From: Oopsacas minuta | Taxonomy: Eukaryota; Animalia; Porifera | Length of the DNA: 64,000 bases | NCBI GenBank assembly: GCA_024704765.1 | Contig: JAKMXF010000188.1 | Span: forward strand, 248,001-312,000 | Reading direction: 5' to 3' | Part shown: piece by piece, positions 25,511 to 38,915 of the stretch | Layout of the letters: every line of letters starts with the position of its first letter | How positions within the stretch are numbered: the stretch's first letter is position 1 | Notes under the pieces: generated by a model | What the model saw: only the letters and a program-made list of their open reading frames with translations | What the model was told of the DNA's origin: nothing | The model's database searches: none | Translations under genes and position numbers: made by a program

Positions 25511-27060
25511 CACATATTACGATAGTGATTGTACATAACAAGATATTCTCTACCCCCGGCCAGCCAGGAGCGCCTGGGTCTTCTAAAAGGACAACGAACG
25601 TCCAAAGTCTGAGGGGCCATGCCCAGGGACGCAAGCAAGGAGTTCAAAATTGGTGCTGTAAATAATAAGTACCTCCACCAGACATCAAGATTAACACTTT
25701 TGAAGTAATATGTTAGTATAAACATATGGATTGTCTTCCAATTTTGCGAAATATATAATATTACGATAACGATGCACCGCTAATGGGACGATTGGGGAAC
25801 GATATATGCACAACTAGGCCATTTTGGGTGGCAAGTGCCCACCCAGATTCCTCACTGCCATAATACAAAAGTGTACGTCATCTTTGCCCACCCAGACTCA
25901 GGAGCCTAGTTGTGCCTATGAGAAACAATGTCAGTCCTAGAACGCAGCACGCAGGGGCTGCTTAGTCGCCTAATTTCATTACTATTTCAACAATGGCCGC
26001 ACCACTTTCATTAGCTTCTGACTCCCGCCATTCATAATTGCACACAAACGTCGCGCTGATTACACAAAGTCGCAGTAGCTTTGCAAACAAGTGTCACTAT
26101 ATACAAAATTTCTTACACAAATTTGTACCAAAGTTGAGTACGAAGATTGCACTAAATTAAACACACGTGTCGTACTTCCTGCATATCCTATATGAAATTA
26201 AGAAATTACAACGAATTGGAGCAATTCGCGTTAATTCCGCTATTTAATCTCCCCCTGATAATTCTAATGAAGTAAAGAACTAAATCTATGGAGCTTGCTA
26301 TGGTTATTAAATAGGATATTTTCTCGAATTATTTACTATAATTATTCCTATTCAATATTCTAATTGAATTATTTGTGGATTTTCCTATCTCTTTGTAAAG
26401 TAGCAAATAGTTCTTCCAGAGATTAGTGGAAATCCTTATTATGGATTACATATTTGCAGGGATGGAACACAGCAAAGCTGTTAAACTACCAACCCAATAT
26501 TGTGGCTGTTAACAGCTGTCACTAATTTTTACTTAACACTTCCCTCCCTATTTGTGTTACTTAAATTCGAATTAAATTCTTCAAAATATGGATAATATTA
26601 TAGAAATATATAGCTTAAACTTACCTTGAGTTTGAATGTTGGAAGCTCAAAATAATTGGCTGTAAACAGCAAAAAGATTAGATTTGAAAGCTCAAATGAC
26701 TGCAACTCTAAACTATTAATTGTTTGGAAAATTGTAGTTGTTAACAGCCAAAGTAAGTTCTTAACATCATTTCACCAACCCTACCCATATAACCATGTTA
26801 GAGATAAACTAACTGTATGCAGAATGTGTTCGGTATTCTTACTTTTCGTCAAACAGGGTCTATTCTCTTTTGTAGACGTATAGACTTGTGATGGTAAAAA
26901 AGATCAAGGAGACATGAACATGACTCCTATATTGAATATTAAGATCCAGGGGGTAGAGGATACATCCTGATCGACAGGAAAATCAATTACATGAATGATA
27001 GTGGCAGAGCCCAATAGAAAATCGGACACTATGCCCACATATTATCTCAAAACAAGAAAA

Positions 27061-27480
27061 ATTTATAACAATTACTCTTTCAAGTTGGTTATCAGTAAAT
27101 TCTCGGCTCGCTTTGTTTACATATACCCTCAATATCAAAATACTTAAGTATAGTGCCCAAATCTAAGGTATATGTCTTCTATTGATCTATGCATGAAATT
27201 TGCTTGAGATGTAATGTAACGGCGGGTATGTATTACAGGTATTTTTAGAATGAAATGTAGTCACATGCCTATGGGATTCTTGCGTTGCAAGGAAAATTAT
27301 TATCAAACCATTTCATGACGGGAAATTTTACGCTGATTAAGAACATCGACAGGTTAATTGGATTGACAAGATGTGCACCCAGCGTGCACATATTTTGTCA
27401 ATCCAATTAACCTGTCGATAGGTGTATTCAGGGTGTACCAGATGACGGCTACCTGTCACCAAGGGCTCACCCTTGACTAA
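27061..27480 (-). pseudogene. Rearranged duplicate of COLGALT-derived segments (copy A)
   Basis: 27061-27240 matches 30164-30338, and 27241-27480 matches 29697-29938; includes LVKGEPLVTGSRHLVHPEYTY. Confidence 0.8.
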
Positions 27481-27579
27481 TTCAAAAATATTACATGGCT
27501 CAACGAAATTACTCACATATAACAAATTTACAATCCAGTTATAATATACACGATTAACAAATTGCTTCGGGCTTTATGA

Positions 27580-27950
27580 TTATGGAGTTTGGTAAGGTTC
27601 AGTGTCTGTAAAGTAATACTTATCTCCTACGAAGTGTGTAGGCTCCAATACCAGAGGCTCAACAGAGTACACCTTCAAATCACGAGGATGGAACTTCTGG
27701 GACCAATCTTTTCGTGGATGTTTATCAAACATAATGGGTAGATACTCATCAACAGCCATTATATTTCTCAATGGTTCCTGAGCTAATAGTTTCTTAGCTC
27801 CTCTAATTGATATCATGTATCCCACCGTCCAATAGGTGTAGTCAGGGTGAACCAGATGACGGCTACCTGTCACAAAGGGCTCACCCTTGACTAACCGTTT
27901 GCGGCCTAAATAAATGAGATCCCAGTCAAGAGACAAACTCTTAACCTCAC
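27580..27950 (-). pseudogene. COLGALT: 3' fragment of procollagen galactosyltransferase (COLGALT/GLT25D) (copy C)
   Basis: LDWDLIYLGRKR...DYTYWTVGYMISIRGAKKLL...MAVDEYLPIMFDKHP...YSVEPLVLEPTHFVGD..TDTE matches the COLGALT1 C-terminus. No upstream coding sequence joins it, so it may be an orphan fragment. Confidence 0.8.
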
Positions 27951-28348
27951 TTCTGGGAGCATTTGAATCGGATAATGCCGCCAGGAGGGCGTGATCGGGC
28001 TGCACGACACATTGTGGGTGTGGAAGAGGTTGGCATTGCTAGAGAAGTTGGAGTAGACATCAAATATCCAATATATTATAAGTTTATAAGTGCACTATTA
28101 AGAGCGGTAAATTTATGATAAATATGTTGACAGTTCAAAACCTATAAAATTGGGTATATATAAATGTTGGTTTCTTAAATAGGAGTAAACAGGGATATAG
28201 AATACGATTTTAACATTTCAAAAATGTCTAATAAGATTATTAAAATTCAATTTTATCTTTCTTTACTAAAATAGCTATTTAGTAGAATAATTTAGTTTGA
28301 ATAATCCTCTAAAATTCAATTGGTAAAATTTACATATATTAAAAAGTA

Positions 28349-28758
28349 CAGTAGACATGTCCATTAGGTGCAGTAGACATGTCCATTAGGTGCAGTGGAC
28401 ATGTCCATTAGCTCAACTGCTTGTAGGTGTTCAAGACTAGTGTCATTGGACATAGAAGATCCCCGCCCGAGTTATTAAAAGTCGGGTGTGCAGGCTTAGT
28501 ATCTAGAGTAGCGATAGAAGGAGTTTTACATGAAGTTGAATTTGAAATTTCTTAAAATAGAGACAATATTGTCAGTGAATTTATACTCACTACAATTGAA
28601 GAGAAATTTGCATTTCTTGGATTCGTTACGATCATGACGTGACTCTGTGAGCATGCACGCTCGACTGTTTAATACCTCGGGATGGAGGGAATCTCCTATG
28701 TCCAATGACAGTAGTCTTGAACATGTACATCCAGTTCACCTAATGGACACGTCCACTG
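28349..28758. mobile_element. MITE with long (~100 bp) imperfect TIRs and TA target site; left terminal 22-mer is tandemly triplicated
   Basis: cagtagacatgtccattaggtg units at 28349, 28371 and 28393; right end taatggacacgtccactg-ta at 28741-28760. Confidence 0.8.
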
Positions 28759-29117
28759 TACGTTTTCATACCTCAGAATTTAAGTCGGCACAGACGGTGA
28801 TTTGAGATTTTTATTATTATATATCACAAATTTAGTAATAGTTCTATTTCTTTTTGCCAAAGCTCCTCTACTTCAGCTCTCAGCATGCTCAGTTCTAATG
28901 TTAACTGGTCACGCTCCTCCTCTAGAGTATTACTTCCGAAAATATTTTCGCCTATTCTGACGCTGATACATTTTAGCTCTGTACCTTTTCCGGGCTTTAA
29001 TTTGATTTGGTATTTCAGCTTTGGAAAGGTTCAGACGTTCGTTGTATTGTGTGGATTCCATTTACTATTTTGAGTGTGTTAACTTGATAATTTCTTAAGA
29101 CAAGTGACTTTTATATA

Positions 29118-29364
29118 CCGTAAACTGGGGCTACTTTGGCCCACTGAGTTTGCTTTAGCCCGAATATTGAAATTTGCTTACGTATCGAATAGATATTGTA
29201 TTTGTATTCGAAATTGTCTCCCGATATTTGAAAGATATTTGAAAATTCTTTAAAAATTTGGCAAGTCATTTTCAAGTATAATACTGAATCTAAACTAGTT
29301 TCTTTGAAACTTTGATATTTGGGCTAAAGCAAACCCAGTGGGCCAAAGTAGCCCCAGTTCACGG
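29118..29364. mobile_element. pogo-type MITE with ~50-bp TIRs
   Basis: ta-ccgtaaactggggctactttggcccactg...tttagccc is mirrored as gggctaaagc...cagtgggccaaagtagccccagttcacgg-ta. Confidence 0.88.
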
Positions 29365-29877
29365 TATGATAATACATTGGAAGTAGTTAATGGTAGCCGT
29401 GTTGCCAATAAATTTCCAAAATTTTTCATGATAAAGTTTGCGCATTTGATCGAGAGTTATAGTAGTGATCACATAGATGGCATATTTTTGCCAATATTCA
29501 CCCATAACTTAAAAATGCACAATTCTTTTCATAAGCGACTCCACTCAAGATAGATCGAGAGCGATAAAATGAGGTAGGACCTAGTCAAATCTCCACAACC
29601 GAGTCAAATGACAATATAGAGCGTTGATACGTGTATAACTAAGCTCAGCTCGCCTAGCGGCGTCGAACGAGAGGTCATTCGATAGGGTTAGGACAGATTT
29701 TTAGAATGAAATGTAGTCACATGCCTGTGGCATTCTTGCGTTGCTAGGGAAATTATTATCAAACCACTTCACGACGGGAAAATATACGCTAATTAAGAAC
29801 ATCGACAGGTTAATTGGATTGACAAAATATGTGCACCCAGCGTGCACATATTTTGTCAATCCAATTAACCTGTCGAT

Positions 29878-30338
29878 AGGTGTATTCAGGGTGTACCAGA
29901 TGACGGCTACATGTCACGAAGGGCTCACCCTTGACTAACCGTTTGCGGTCTAAATAAATGAGATCCCAGTCAAGAGCAAGCTCTTTACCTTACTCATCAG
30001 TTCAGAGAACATATTCCTGAATCCGCTACTGAATCGGTTGTCATCTTCTAGAACGATTACAGTACTTGTCTCTTCTTTCACTACTCTTTCCCAGATGAAG
30101 TAGTGACTCAAGAAGCAGCCTATCTCTCCCTAGGTGATGGGTCGAGATCCCCAGGGGTCTCAAATTTATAACAATTACTCTTTCAAGTTGGTTATCAGTA
30201 AATTCTCGGCTCGCTTTGTTTACATATACCCTCAATATCAAAATACTTAAGTATAGTGCCCAAATCTAAGGTATATGTCTTCTATTGATCTATGCATGAA
30301 ATTTGCTTGAGATGTAGCGGCGGGTATGTACTACAGGT
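29878..30338 (-). pseudogene. COLGALT: Middle fragment of COLGALT (copy B) with a nonsense codon and an internal deletion
   Basis: Reads LERVIVINLR, fused directly to (D)PWGSRPIT*GEIGCFLSHYFIWERVV...VLEDDNRF...LDWDLIYLDRKRL...HPEYTY. TAG replaces K of the TKGEIGCFLSH motif. Confidence 0.82.
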
Positions 30339-31704
30339 ACTAAGGGCACCACGACACATAATATCTTAAAATTGTGTATTAAAATCTGTCAGTGAGAGTT
30401 CAAATAAATGCCAGGATGAATTTGGGACCAAAGAATAGTGTTCATTATTTCAAGATGTTCACCTACGAAAGTTTCACTAACACAGGTTTCAGTGAATAAC
30501 ATAGACACATTTCGTATATGAAATTATGAATTATCAAATATTGTAGGGAAATTCCTCTATCAAAGTAACATAGTGGCCGGTAACTTAGTATGGTGAATAC
30601 GAGACTTGATACGCTAATGGCAGAAACCTCTTAGGCAAGTATAGATATGTTCCAAATGGCATCTCCCTACATGCATTGGTTGCATTATTATGACTTGTTA
30701 AAGTGTGTTTGATTTGTTTCGCTGCAAACTTCACGCTCATTTATCCCATTAAAATGATAGTGTAATTTGACGAGATTGGGCGTTTCGAAATTTAGAATAA
30801 ATATTTTTTTGAGAATGGTGGAAATATCATGGATTATTCTTTGACAGGGGCCCATGATGCCACGAGTACGCGTTGTCTCGTTCCTAGCCAGCACGCCCCT
30901 GGGGCCAGATTATTCGTGAAAGAATTGGAAATGCAACTAAAACTTTCGGATGAGGGCGTACCACCGAGTCTTGTTATAATAAGATATAATATTTATAGAA
31001 CTATTCATGCCCCGCAAATAATATTTTACTGCCGCTTCCTAACTTAATTTTGAGTGCTACAACACTGCAGGCGGACGATATACAGAGGTGGCCAGTTTTG
31101 GTTTGACAGCACTGTATGTGTATACAAGGCCTCTGAGAGAATCAGAGAGGCCCTGGCCACTGCTAGAATTTAGACTACAATTCCACAAATGAAAACACGA
31201 GAAGAAGTGATAAATATTATACGATATTAGAAGTGTTGTTATATGAATAACGAACTGTATTAGATAAAAGCGTTTCAAATTTCCTTTTCCATATCTAATG
31301 AAGTACAGTAGAACTCGGATAAGACGTACCCCTTCAGGAAGGAATTGTTAGTATGTACTATCCGTAACTAAGTACAAACCGAGTTTGTACTACATAAAAA
31401 TCTATATTATAGATGGAATTTGGTTCAGGAAATGAGTACGTAGTACGTACTAACCGAGTTCCACTGATATGCTCAATCTATACTGTTAAAACGCAATTAA
31501 TCTGTATATGTGTATGTGTTTATATATATCTATACGAGCCTTTGGCTCGTCGCTTCGTGATGAACTCGGCGCATTGCGCCTCGAGACATACATACTTGTG
31601 ATATAATGAATAACTATTACGAAATCTGAAGTAAATGAAGTTGGTTGAAAAGATAAGTAAGACAATATAAAAACTGAGAAACTCTATGAATTAACTAAAA
31701 AATT

Positions 31705-34700
31705 CTAAATCTTTTCCAAAATGAAAATCTGAGTCATTGCTTCAGGCGTTTCAATAAATTCAGTCACTTTAAGACCAGCCGAGTAGAAAACAGCTAGAAA
31801 CTCATCCATAGTTCTTGCTTCAACACCAAATAGCAACATACTAATATCTGCCATGAAAGCTCTCTTACAGTTTTCACTGTCAACGTCTATACTGCCTATT
31901 TTCGGTATTACACACTCACACAATATAATCCTACCAGATTCTGATAAGGCTTGTTTACAATTCTTTAGCAATTCTACACATTTTTCCTGGTCAGGATACA
32001 TGTGAGCAATATGTTTCAATAGAATGGCATCAGCATTCGGGATGGTCTCAGGCTTAAAGTAGTTCCCGGAAACAATCTCTACCCCCTCTGGCTTTTGTTT
32101 TAAAGTTTCTACCGTTGAAGCCAAATCAAGAGAACTACATGCTAAATTTTGGAAACTTTCCTTTATGACTCCAAGTGTACTTCCGGAATGTCCACCTGAA
32201 TAGAAAGAACAGGAATATTAAATGCCAATAAGTAGTAATGGTGATATGAATTAATAAGGTAATTGTACAATCAAAATTTTCAGATTATAATTAAGAAATA
32301 ATTGAAGAATTTACCAAAGTAACAAAACTCATTGGGGACCGTTTAAACGTTACGTAACGCTACAAGAGGAGGGGCGCAGTATGCGAAGTGTGACAGTCCC
32401 ATTTTTGTATTACAAGACGTGAGACAGGAAGGGGGTGTCAAAATTTAGCTAAGTTGATAATACGTGTACAACGTGTAATACGTATTATATTTCTAGGCTA
32501 ATCTCGAGGTAGGAGATTTTGACATTGCTAGACTTGGATAAACCACATTAATATCAAGTATTAAACAAATTGGTCAACTATGATGAGATTACTCTTTAAT
32601 AATTTGAGGACTACTGTTTTCATGCAAAATATCTATGGAGCAGGTAGAGATAATGGACCAGTTTATTGAATATGCAAAGGTACCCTACTGATTCCTTAGA
32701 ACCCATTTTATCTGAAAGAGGACACCGTGAGCCACAGTTTAGCTTGTTAGACCTTGAGGAATGATCAATTGACTATGCCACCTTTGGCACAAATAAAATT
32801 GCAATATCCTCTTAAAGTTAATTGATCATTTCTTAAGGTATAAAATGCTACACTGTGGCTCAAGGTGTACTCTTTCAGTTCAAATATGTTTGAACGGAAT
32901 CAGTAACTTTGCACATTCAACGAACAGGTCCATTACCTCTACAAGCTCCACAAATTGTGCCCTGCCCTTCTGCCATCTCCCTCTTTAGTAAATCACAAAA
33001 ATAAAAATATATTTTTAGTTTCGGCATAGCATAAGTTTTCCAAAACCTATTACAGCCCTTCTACTAAAATTCTGAGCGGGAACCCTTAGTTGTTAGAATT
33101 CAATCCACACTATATAAGTAATAAACATACCTAAATCTAGTATGTGAGCTTTTTTATCCTCTAACTCTTTAAAACCATGTGCATAGTACTTCATTAGAAT
33201 ATGAGTCTCGTAAATTGATTCATCGTGTTCATGCGAATATTCATCCTCATGTTGCTGTGAATGTTCATGAGGTGATGATTCAGTTGATACTATAGAGCCT
33301 TCTTTGGCATGATGACAAGATGAATCACTCATAGCTTCATCATAAGGAATTTTCAACTTTTTAGATCTAACACAATTTTCTAAACGAGACCATGCATTAA
33401 TACTAGTGGGATTAACCATCATTTCAAACCCATTCTTCAGGGATATTCTGCCTTTAATGTCATTACGCATTAACTCTGATAATCTGGTTAAGCTGTATCT
33501 ACCTTCTTCTTCAATTAGACTCTCTTGGAAAACACCAAATGCGCAGAGAAAGCGAATTATCCTAAATTGAAGGACTCAATAACATATTGCATTATTAAGA
33601 GGTTATATAGGAATATTAGCAGTATTTGCTAAATCAGAGCATTAATTGTACGAGAGAGAAATTACTGATAAATTATAATTTATCAGTAATTTTAGAGTAT
33701 AATTATTGTTGTCGTTACAATTATTATTATTATCAAATTTGATATATTGACAGTATTTTGTCATATATTTGTACTTAGGTTACACCTCATTGTGATTTTA
33801 TCGTCAAGATTTTATTAAAATCAAAAATATACCATGTTATAAGAAATTAATAGAGTTTCGTACTAAATCAATGGCTGGAATTCGGAATTCCGGGGTGGCC
33901 GTAATTCTGAAATAAATTAATATTAATGCCTATAGGGATTCAAATGGGACTTTTAAATTGGCCGGAATATCGAGGTGGGCCACTATTCCGGGGTGACCGT
34001 TCAGTTGGGTTTTACTGTATTCGATTACACCTAACTACCAGTTGAAATGAAATCTCTAGTATCGTTTTGAATAATACGCAGAAAGGTGTGAAAATATGAT
34101 TAATCATATGGTAAAATCTATGAATTTGAAACATTCAGGTTCTGAAATCTCAAAATCGGACTAAACGCACTCAATTACCACTAACAACATGTTGAAACCT
34201 AACCTCAAGCATACTTCAGAATTTTACATAGAAATGTGTGAAAATTTCACCTTAGAATAAATTCAAACCCAAGGGGCAAATCTCCAATCCAAATTGTATA
34301 TTATTTGTACCGATTTCCATGTTAATCGCCGCGCGGACAGACGTACAGACGTCGCACATCGTCAATGCCATTAGGGCATCTCCCTATAGGAGCTGCACTA
34401 AAAATACGGAAATCTCTAGGAAATTAATGGCAAACTGGTTGCTGAATTGGATTTTGATCGGATTAGTTAAGAGTATTGCTTATAATTGATGTCGGCCATG
34501 ATTGTTACACCCCAGACCATTTAAAGCTTTAGAGTAGGCTGAAAATAGAAGGCAAATGTAGTTAGTTAATTTTAAGATAAACTAACGCTCTTAGCAATTG
34601 CCGATTATACTTTCTAGAAGTTTCCATATATGAGGAATTCATTGAGACTACATATCAAGTTTTTACGGCCATCCTTCTGGTCTAGGCTCTTCTAACGATG

Positions 34701-35079
34701 ATGTTAGCATTCAAAAATATCTTTATTCGTATAAATATTTTTATCAAAAATCGCAAGACTAATGATTTTGTTCATTGATAATAGACATGACACAGAGTCC
34801 CGAGCCGTACTACCAGTCTGTCTGCTGGACATTTATGGTCTACACTCTACACTCTATAGTAACAAACCTTTTAAAATATGAGAAATTAATTTCACCAGGA
34901 ATCTTCTCTGCCAACTCTTGTAAACTCAATGACTTATCCGCCTCAGCTATAATACCAGCGACATTAAGTTTACAAGCTATCCCTATACAGTATGTGAGTA
35001 AATGTCCATTGAATAGGAAATTAAGCGAAGAAACTGATGCTTCTATGTCTGTTGGGTTGCTGGAACTCTCTTGTGCCAT
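31705..35079 (-). CDS. Class-II SAM-dependent O-methyltransferase (COMT/ASMT-like, dimerisation plus Methyltransf_2 domains), 377 aa, 3 exons
   Basis: Exons 35079-34868, 33561-33131 and 32195-31705 join in frame (1134 nt). N-terminal dimerisation HTH (IACKLNVAGII...SLQELAEK), motif I ILDLGGHSG, SGNYFKPETIPNADAILLKHIAH and GRIILCECVIP. Confidence 0.88.
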
Positions 35080-35615
35080 TTCTAATTACTGAACAGAGTT
35101 CAATTATAGGGAGAGGCAAGGAGAGGGGAGGAGAGAAAATTTATATCACTGGCATGCCCAAGGGCAATTTATATTTGTGTAGGTAAGTATAAATACAGAA
35201 ATGTGTATATAGTGACGTAACAAGCTGGTCTCAAAGACACAATTCCCTTCTATTCGCCCCCACCAATTAACCAATCCTCAAGGTGAATCTTGTAAAGATA
35301 TTATTAATTTTCCTAAAATGGTATATTCTTAATCATTGTAAAAAGTGTTACAAATTAAATCCTCTGGTGAAACGCGAAATCAGATGTAGTCAGAAATTGG
35401 GTTGTATTAAGGTCTCAATTTCCCCTGCAACACTTTTTCAAATGATTAACCGAATACTGCCGGGACAAGCAAACGAAGCAAAAATGCTGTCTATCCAATC
35501 ACCACACTGACCTCAGTAATCAATCAACGGATAAATTCAGTTCAATCACAAATACGTAATATCTCTAATACTATTCTATATTAAACTAGACTAACAATAA
35601 TATGTCAGTCAAATA

Positions 35616-37180
35616 CTAGCTATAGAAGTCTAGCTCCATCTCATCCTTCTTAATATTATTCTTGTATCCTTTCTCAAAATCTTTAACCAGAATCATATAT
35701 CTGTTCTCCCGTACAGCTCTCATACCAGCTTCTTGACATATAGCATTAATGTCAGCTCCGGTTATCTTGTCAGGACGAGCTACAAAGTCCTCTAAATCAA
35801 CTTCTTCAGAAAGATTCATTTTGGAAGTGACAGTAGAGAATATCAATCGTTTCTGTCTCCTGTCAGGCATGGGGAATTCTATCTTCCTATCTAATCTCCC
35901 GGGTCTTAGGAGGGCAGGGTCAAGAGTATCACTCCTATTCGTAGCCATTATAACTTTAACATTAACACTCTGATCAAATCCGTCCATCTGGTTGAGAAGC
36001 TCCAGGAGAATACGCTGTACCTCTCTGTCTGCTCCTGTCTGAGCATCAAATCTCTTAGTAGCTATAGCATCAATCTCATCAATGAATATTATAGCCGGGG
36101 CGTTCTCTCTAGCTAACCGGAATACGTCACGTACCATTCTAGGTCCTTCCCCCAGGTACTTCTGTACGAATTCAGACCCCACTACACGTATGAAGGAAGC
36201 TGTCGTGTGGTGTGCTACCGCCTTGGCTAGCATTGTCTTCCCGCAACCTGGAGGTCCGTACATCAGTACTCCACGAGGGGGCTCGATTCCTACAATAAAG
36301 AATAAATAGATCTCACTATTATTAATAATCTAGTGAATTGGATACACAATTCATATCCTCTACACATTCTCCAAATGGCTAATGAAATACAAGAAATGCT
36401 TGAACGGAGTAGCCCATTATAAACTGAATGAACGGAAAACCGATCAACCGACACATGTGAATAAATGTGAGATTGAACGAAACGCTAGTAGAGTTGTATT
36501 TAGGGAATGAACTTGGAAGAAATCGAACTGTATTATCCTGTTTATTACCTCTTCATTCCCTGATATCCACACTGCAGTACATAATACACAATATAATGTA
36601 TCTCACCAATCTGCTGGTACAGCTCGTGCTGAGTGAGAGGCAGCTCGACAGCTTCTCGCATCTCTTGTTTCTGTATATCCAGCCCTCCTATGTCAGAGTA
36701 TGACACGTCGGGCTTCTCTTCACTACTCAGCATAGAGATAGAAGAATCAGCTTCAGGTGGTAACACATCCACCACACTATTAGAGTGTCTATGTAATGCT
36801 ACACTAGCATTAGGCTTGAGTAGTTCTCTGTCTATTGTGCTTAGAATCCTGACGTAGCAGTTAGGGCCCGTGGTGCTACCTACTATACCAGTGTCTGGGT
36901 CTACTGCCTCCAGGAACTGTCCTATGATGAGGGGAACAGACTGAATGCGTTTGACTTCCTCCTGAGCTCGTCTGAATTCTCTCTTCAGATTCTTCTGTTC
37001 GTCCTTTATATAGTCTTCCTGCACCTGAAGGAACTGCAGCTGTTTCTGTAATTGTTTATACATCAGGTATAGGTCTCTGTCCTCAGGACCGTTGCCTACA
37101 CTATCTGTCCCTGTATCCATGGGAGTGTTGTTGTCTTTTGATGAGGATGGAGTATTGTCAGTTATCCCTATCTCATGCAT
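35616..37180 (-). CDS. PSMC4: 26S proteasome regulatory ATPase subunit 6B (Rpt3), 415 aa, 2 exons
   Basis: Exons 37180-36607 and 36289-35616. Walker A GPPGCGKT, Walker [39 protein letters not shown], and the Rpt3-type N-terminus [14 protein letters not shown]. Confidence 0.97.
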
Positions 37181-38234
37181 ATTGCTACCTGTTACTTGAT
37201 GTATTCAGGAAGTAAAAATCTGAGTATAAATTGAAATCCAACGGTAACGGTTGGAGCTCATTCAGTAAGGTATTGCGAAAAAATATTAACGTAGTCATTA
37301 TATAAATTGTTATAATAGAAAATACTCTGTATGCAAATTTTCTAGTAGATATCCATTAACGGTTGTCGACTGTATTTGCAAACCTGCGAAATTGAATCAG
37401 AGAGAATTGTTACATCCACATTAATTAACAAAGAAACAAGCAAACGGGTAAATATTAGCTCCAGAACAAGTGAGATCAGCAATGAGTGTAATATATTAGT
37501 CAACCACAATATAATGTGGAATAAATTTCTATATAGATAGCAATATTCAATTTTGAATAACTATTGATTTTCTTCATAGCGTATAAATCTTTCGCCTTTT
37601 ACTAAAGATTTCCGTGGAGAAGATCAATGAGATAGTTTTATCAATTTTTTTCGGCTTTTAGTAAAATACTAAAGGCCTTGAATAATAGAAATGAGGTAGT
37701 TAGATTTATACTTGAGTCAGTCTTACTGGCATTATATCTAGATTCGGCATCGGTGTTGCTGTAGATGCATTATGAGAAATTTCGCATAGTTCGTGCATTC
37801 ATTTTTGGAATGCGTACTCTCCCCAGTACAGTTCCGATTGCAAATAATTCGTTCGGATTAGACCACTGTTAATGAGAAACTTGTTTCAGCTCCACATTAG
37901 ACCTGAACATGCATGCGGCCAGGGCGGTCCATTATCACTATCTCGTAAAAGGATTTCCGGATTACATAGAAAGGTAGGGGAGATCATTTTGTCGAAACAA
38001 CGTAGATATAAAATTATAAATTTTAGGATATAGGTGGTATAGCAGAGATAGAAATACGTAAAAGGCGATAGGGCGCCACCGCAACAGCAGTATCGGGTAT
38101 ACCGCCTCGGTGACACTTGGTACCATTAATTTAATGACCGGAATATTCAGCGTATACGTATTGGGTACCTTGGAGCAATCGGTAGGCTGGGGCTTCATGA
38201 ATCGTCTATATATAGAGTATTAAAACTCAATTAT

Positions 38235-38260
38235 TGTGTGTGTGTGTGTGTGTGTGTGTG
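38235..38260. repeat. (TG)n microsatellite
   Basis: About 13 TG units seen directly. Confidence 0.9.
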
Positions 38261-38846
38261 TTGTTTGTTTGTCCACTTTGCATTATAATGATAGGGGAAG
38301 ATGATCTGCGTATATAATATAGGGGATAACATATCCACCTGGTGACGATATTGGAAAAGTAACAATTACATTGGAGTAATAGGGTATGTTGATTCCGATT
38401 TTCACACTTTAGATTTAATCATATGTAACGTATTTGTTGTTTTCACGAATATAAAGTAAACAAATAGTTGAAATCTCGAAATATACATCGAGACTAGCTC
38501 CCAACAGACATATAGGGCAATCAAGTGCGCTGAATCAGAATTTCGCATTTTCAACTTTCTCATATGCAATTTATTAGTTTTTATGAATATAAAGTAAACA
38601 AATTGTTAAAATATTAATTTCTAATTCAATTTTGCAATTTTATACTTTGCTAAATTCAAGGCACGAAGTGCCGAGTCCCATGCGAACACAAAGTGTTAGC
38701 AAGCGGCGCAGCGCAAGCAAGCGAAGCTGTTCGTATATATATATATTTATATATGATTAATCATACTTTCACACCTTTTGGAAGATAATTCAAAAGGGTA
38801 GCGGGGTATATTACAATAAGGAGGATTGTACAGATCGCTAAAGAGG

Positions 38847-38915
38847 TGCTCGCCCAGGAATCGAACCTGGATTAAACAAAGGACAGTTGTGTGTTTGACC
38901 ATTAAACTAGAAAGC
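38847..38915 (-). other. tRNA-like module (degenerate; apparent anticodon GTC) within a dispersed repeat
   Basis: Reverse strand GCTTTC TA GTTT AATGGTC AAAC A CACAA CTGTCCT TTGTT TAAT CCAGG TTCGATT CCTGG GCGAGC A, with A-box, B-box and a perfect T-arm. The acceptor stem is imperfect. Confidence 0.55.

Noticed and set aside
28349-28414. Short direct repeats as a possible CRISPR array (also 13709-13809 and 63107-63260)
   Set aside because: Units are contiguous with no unique spacers, there are no cas genes, and the context is eukaryotic.
37700-38200. GC-elevated segment with short ORFs upstream of PSMC4
   Set aside because: Multiple stops in all frames and no motif I can assign; possibly decayed TE.
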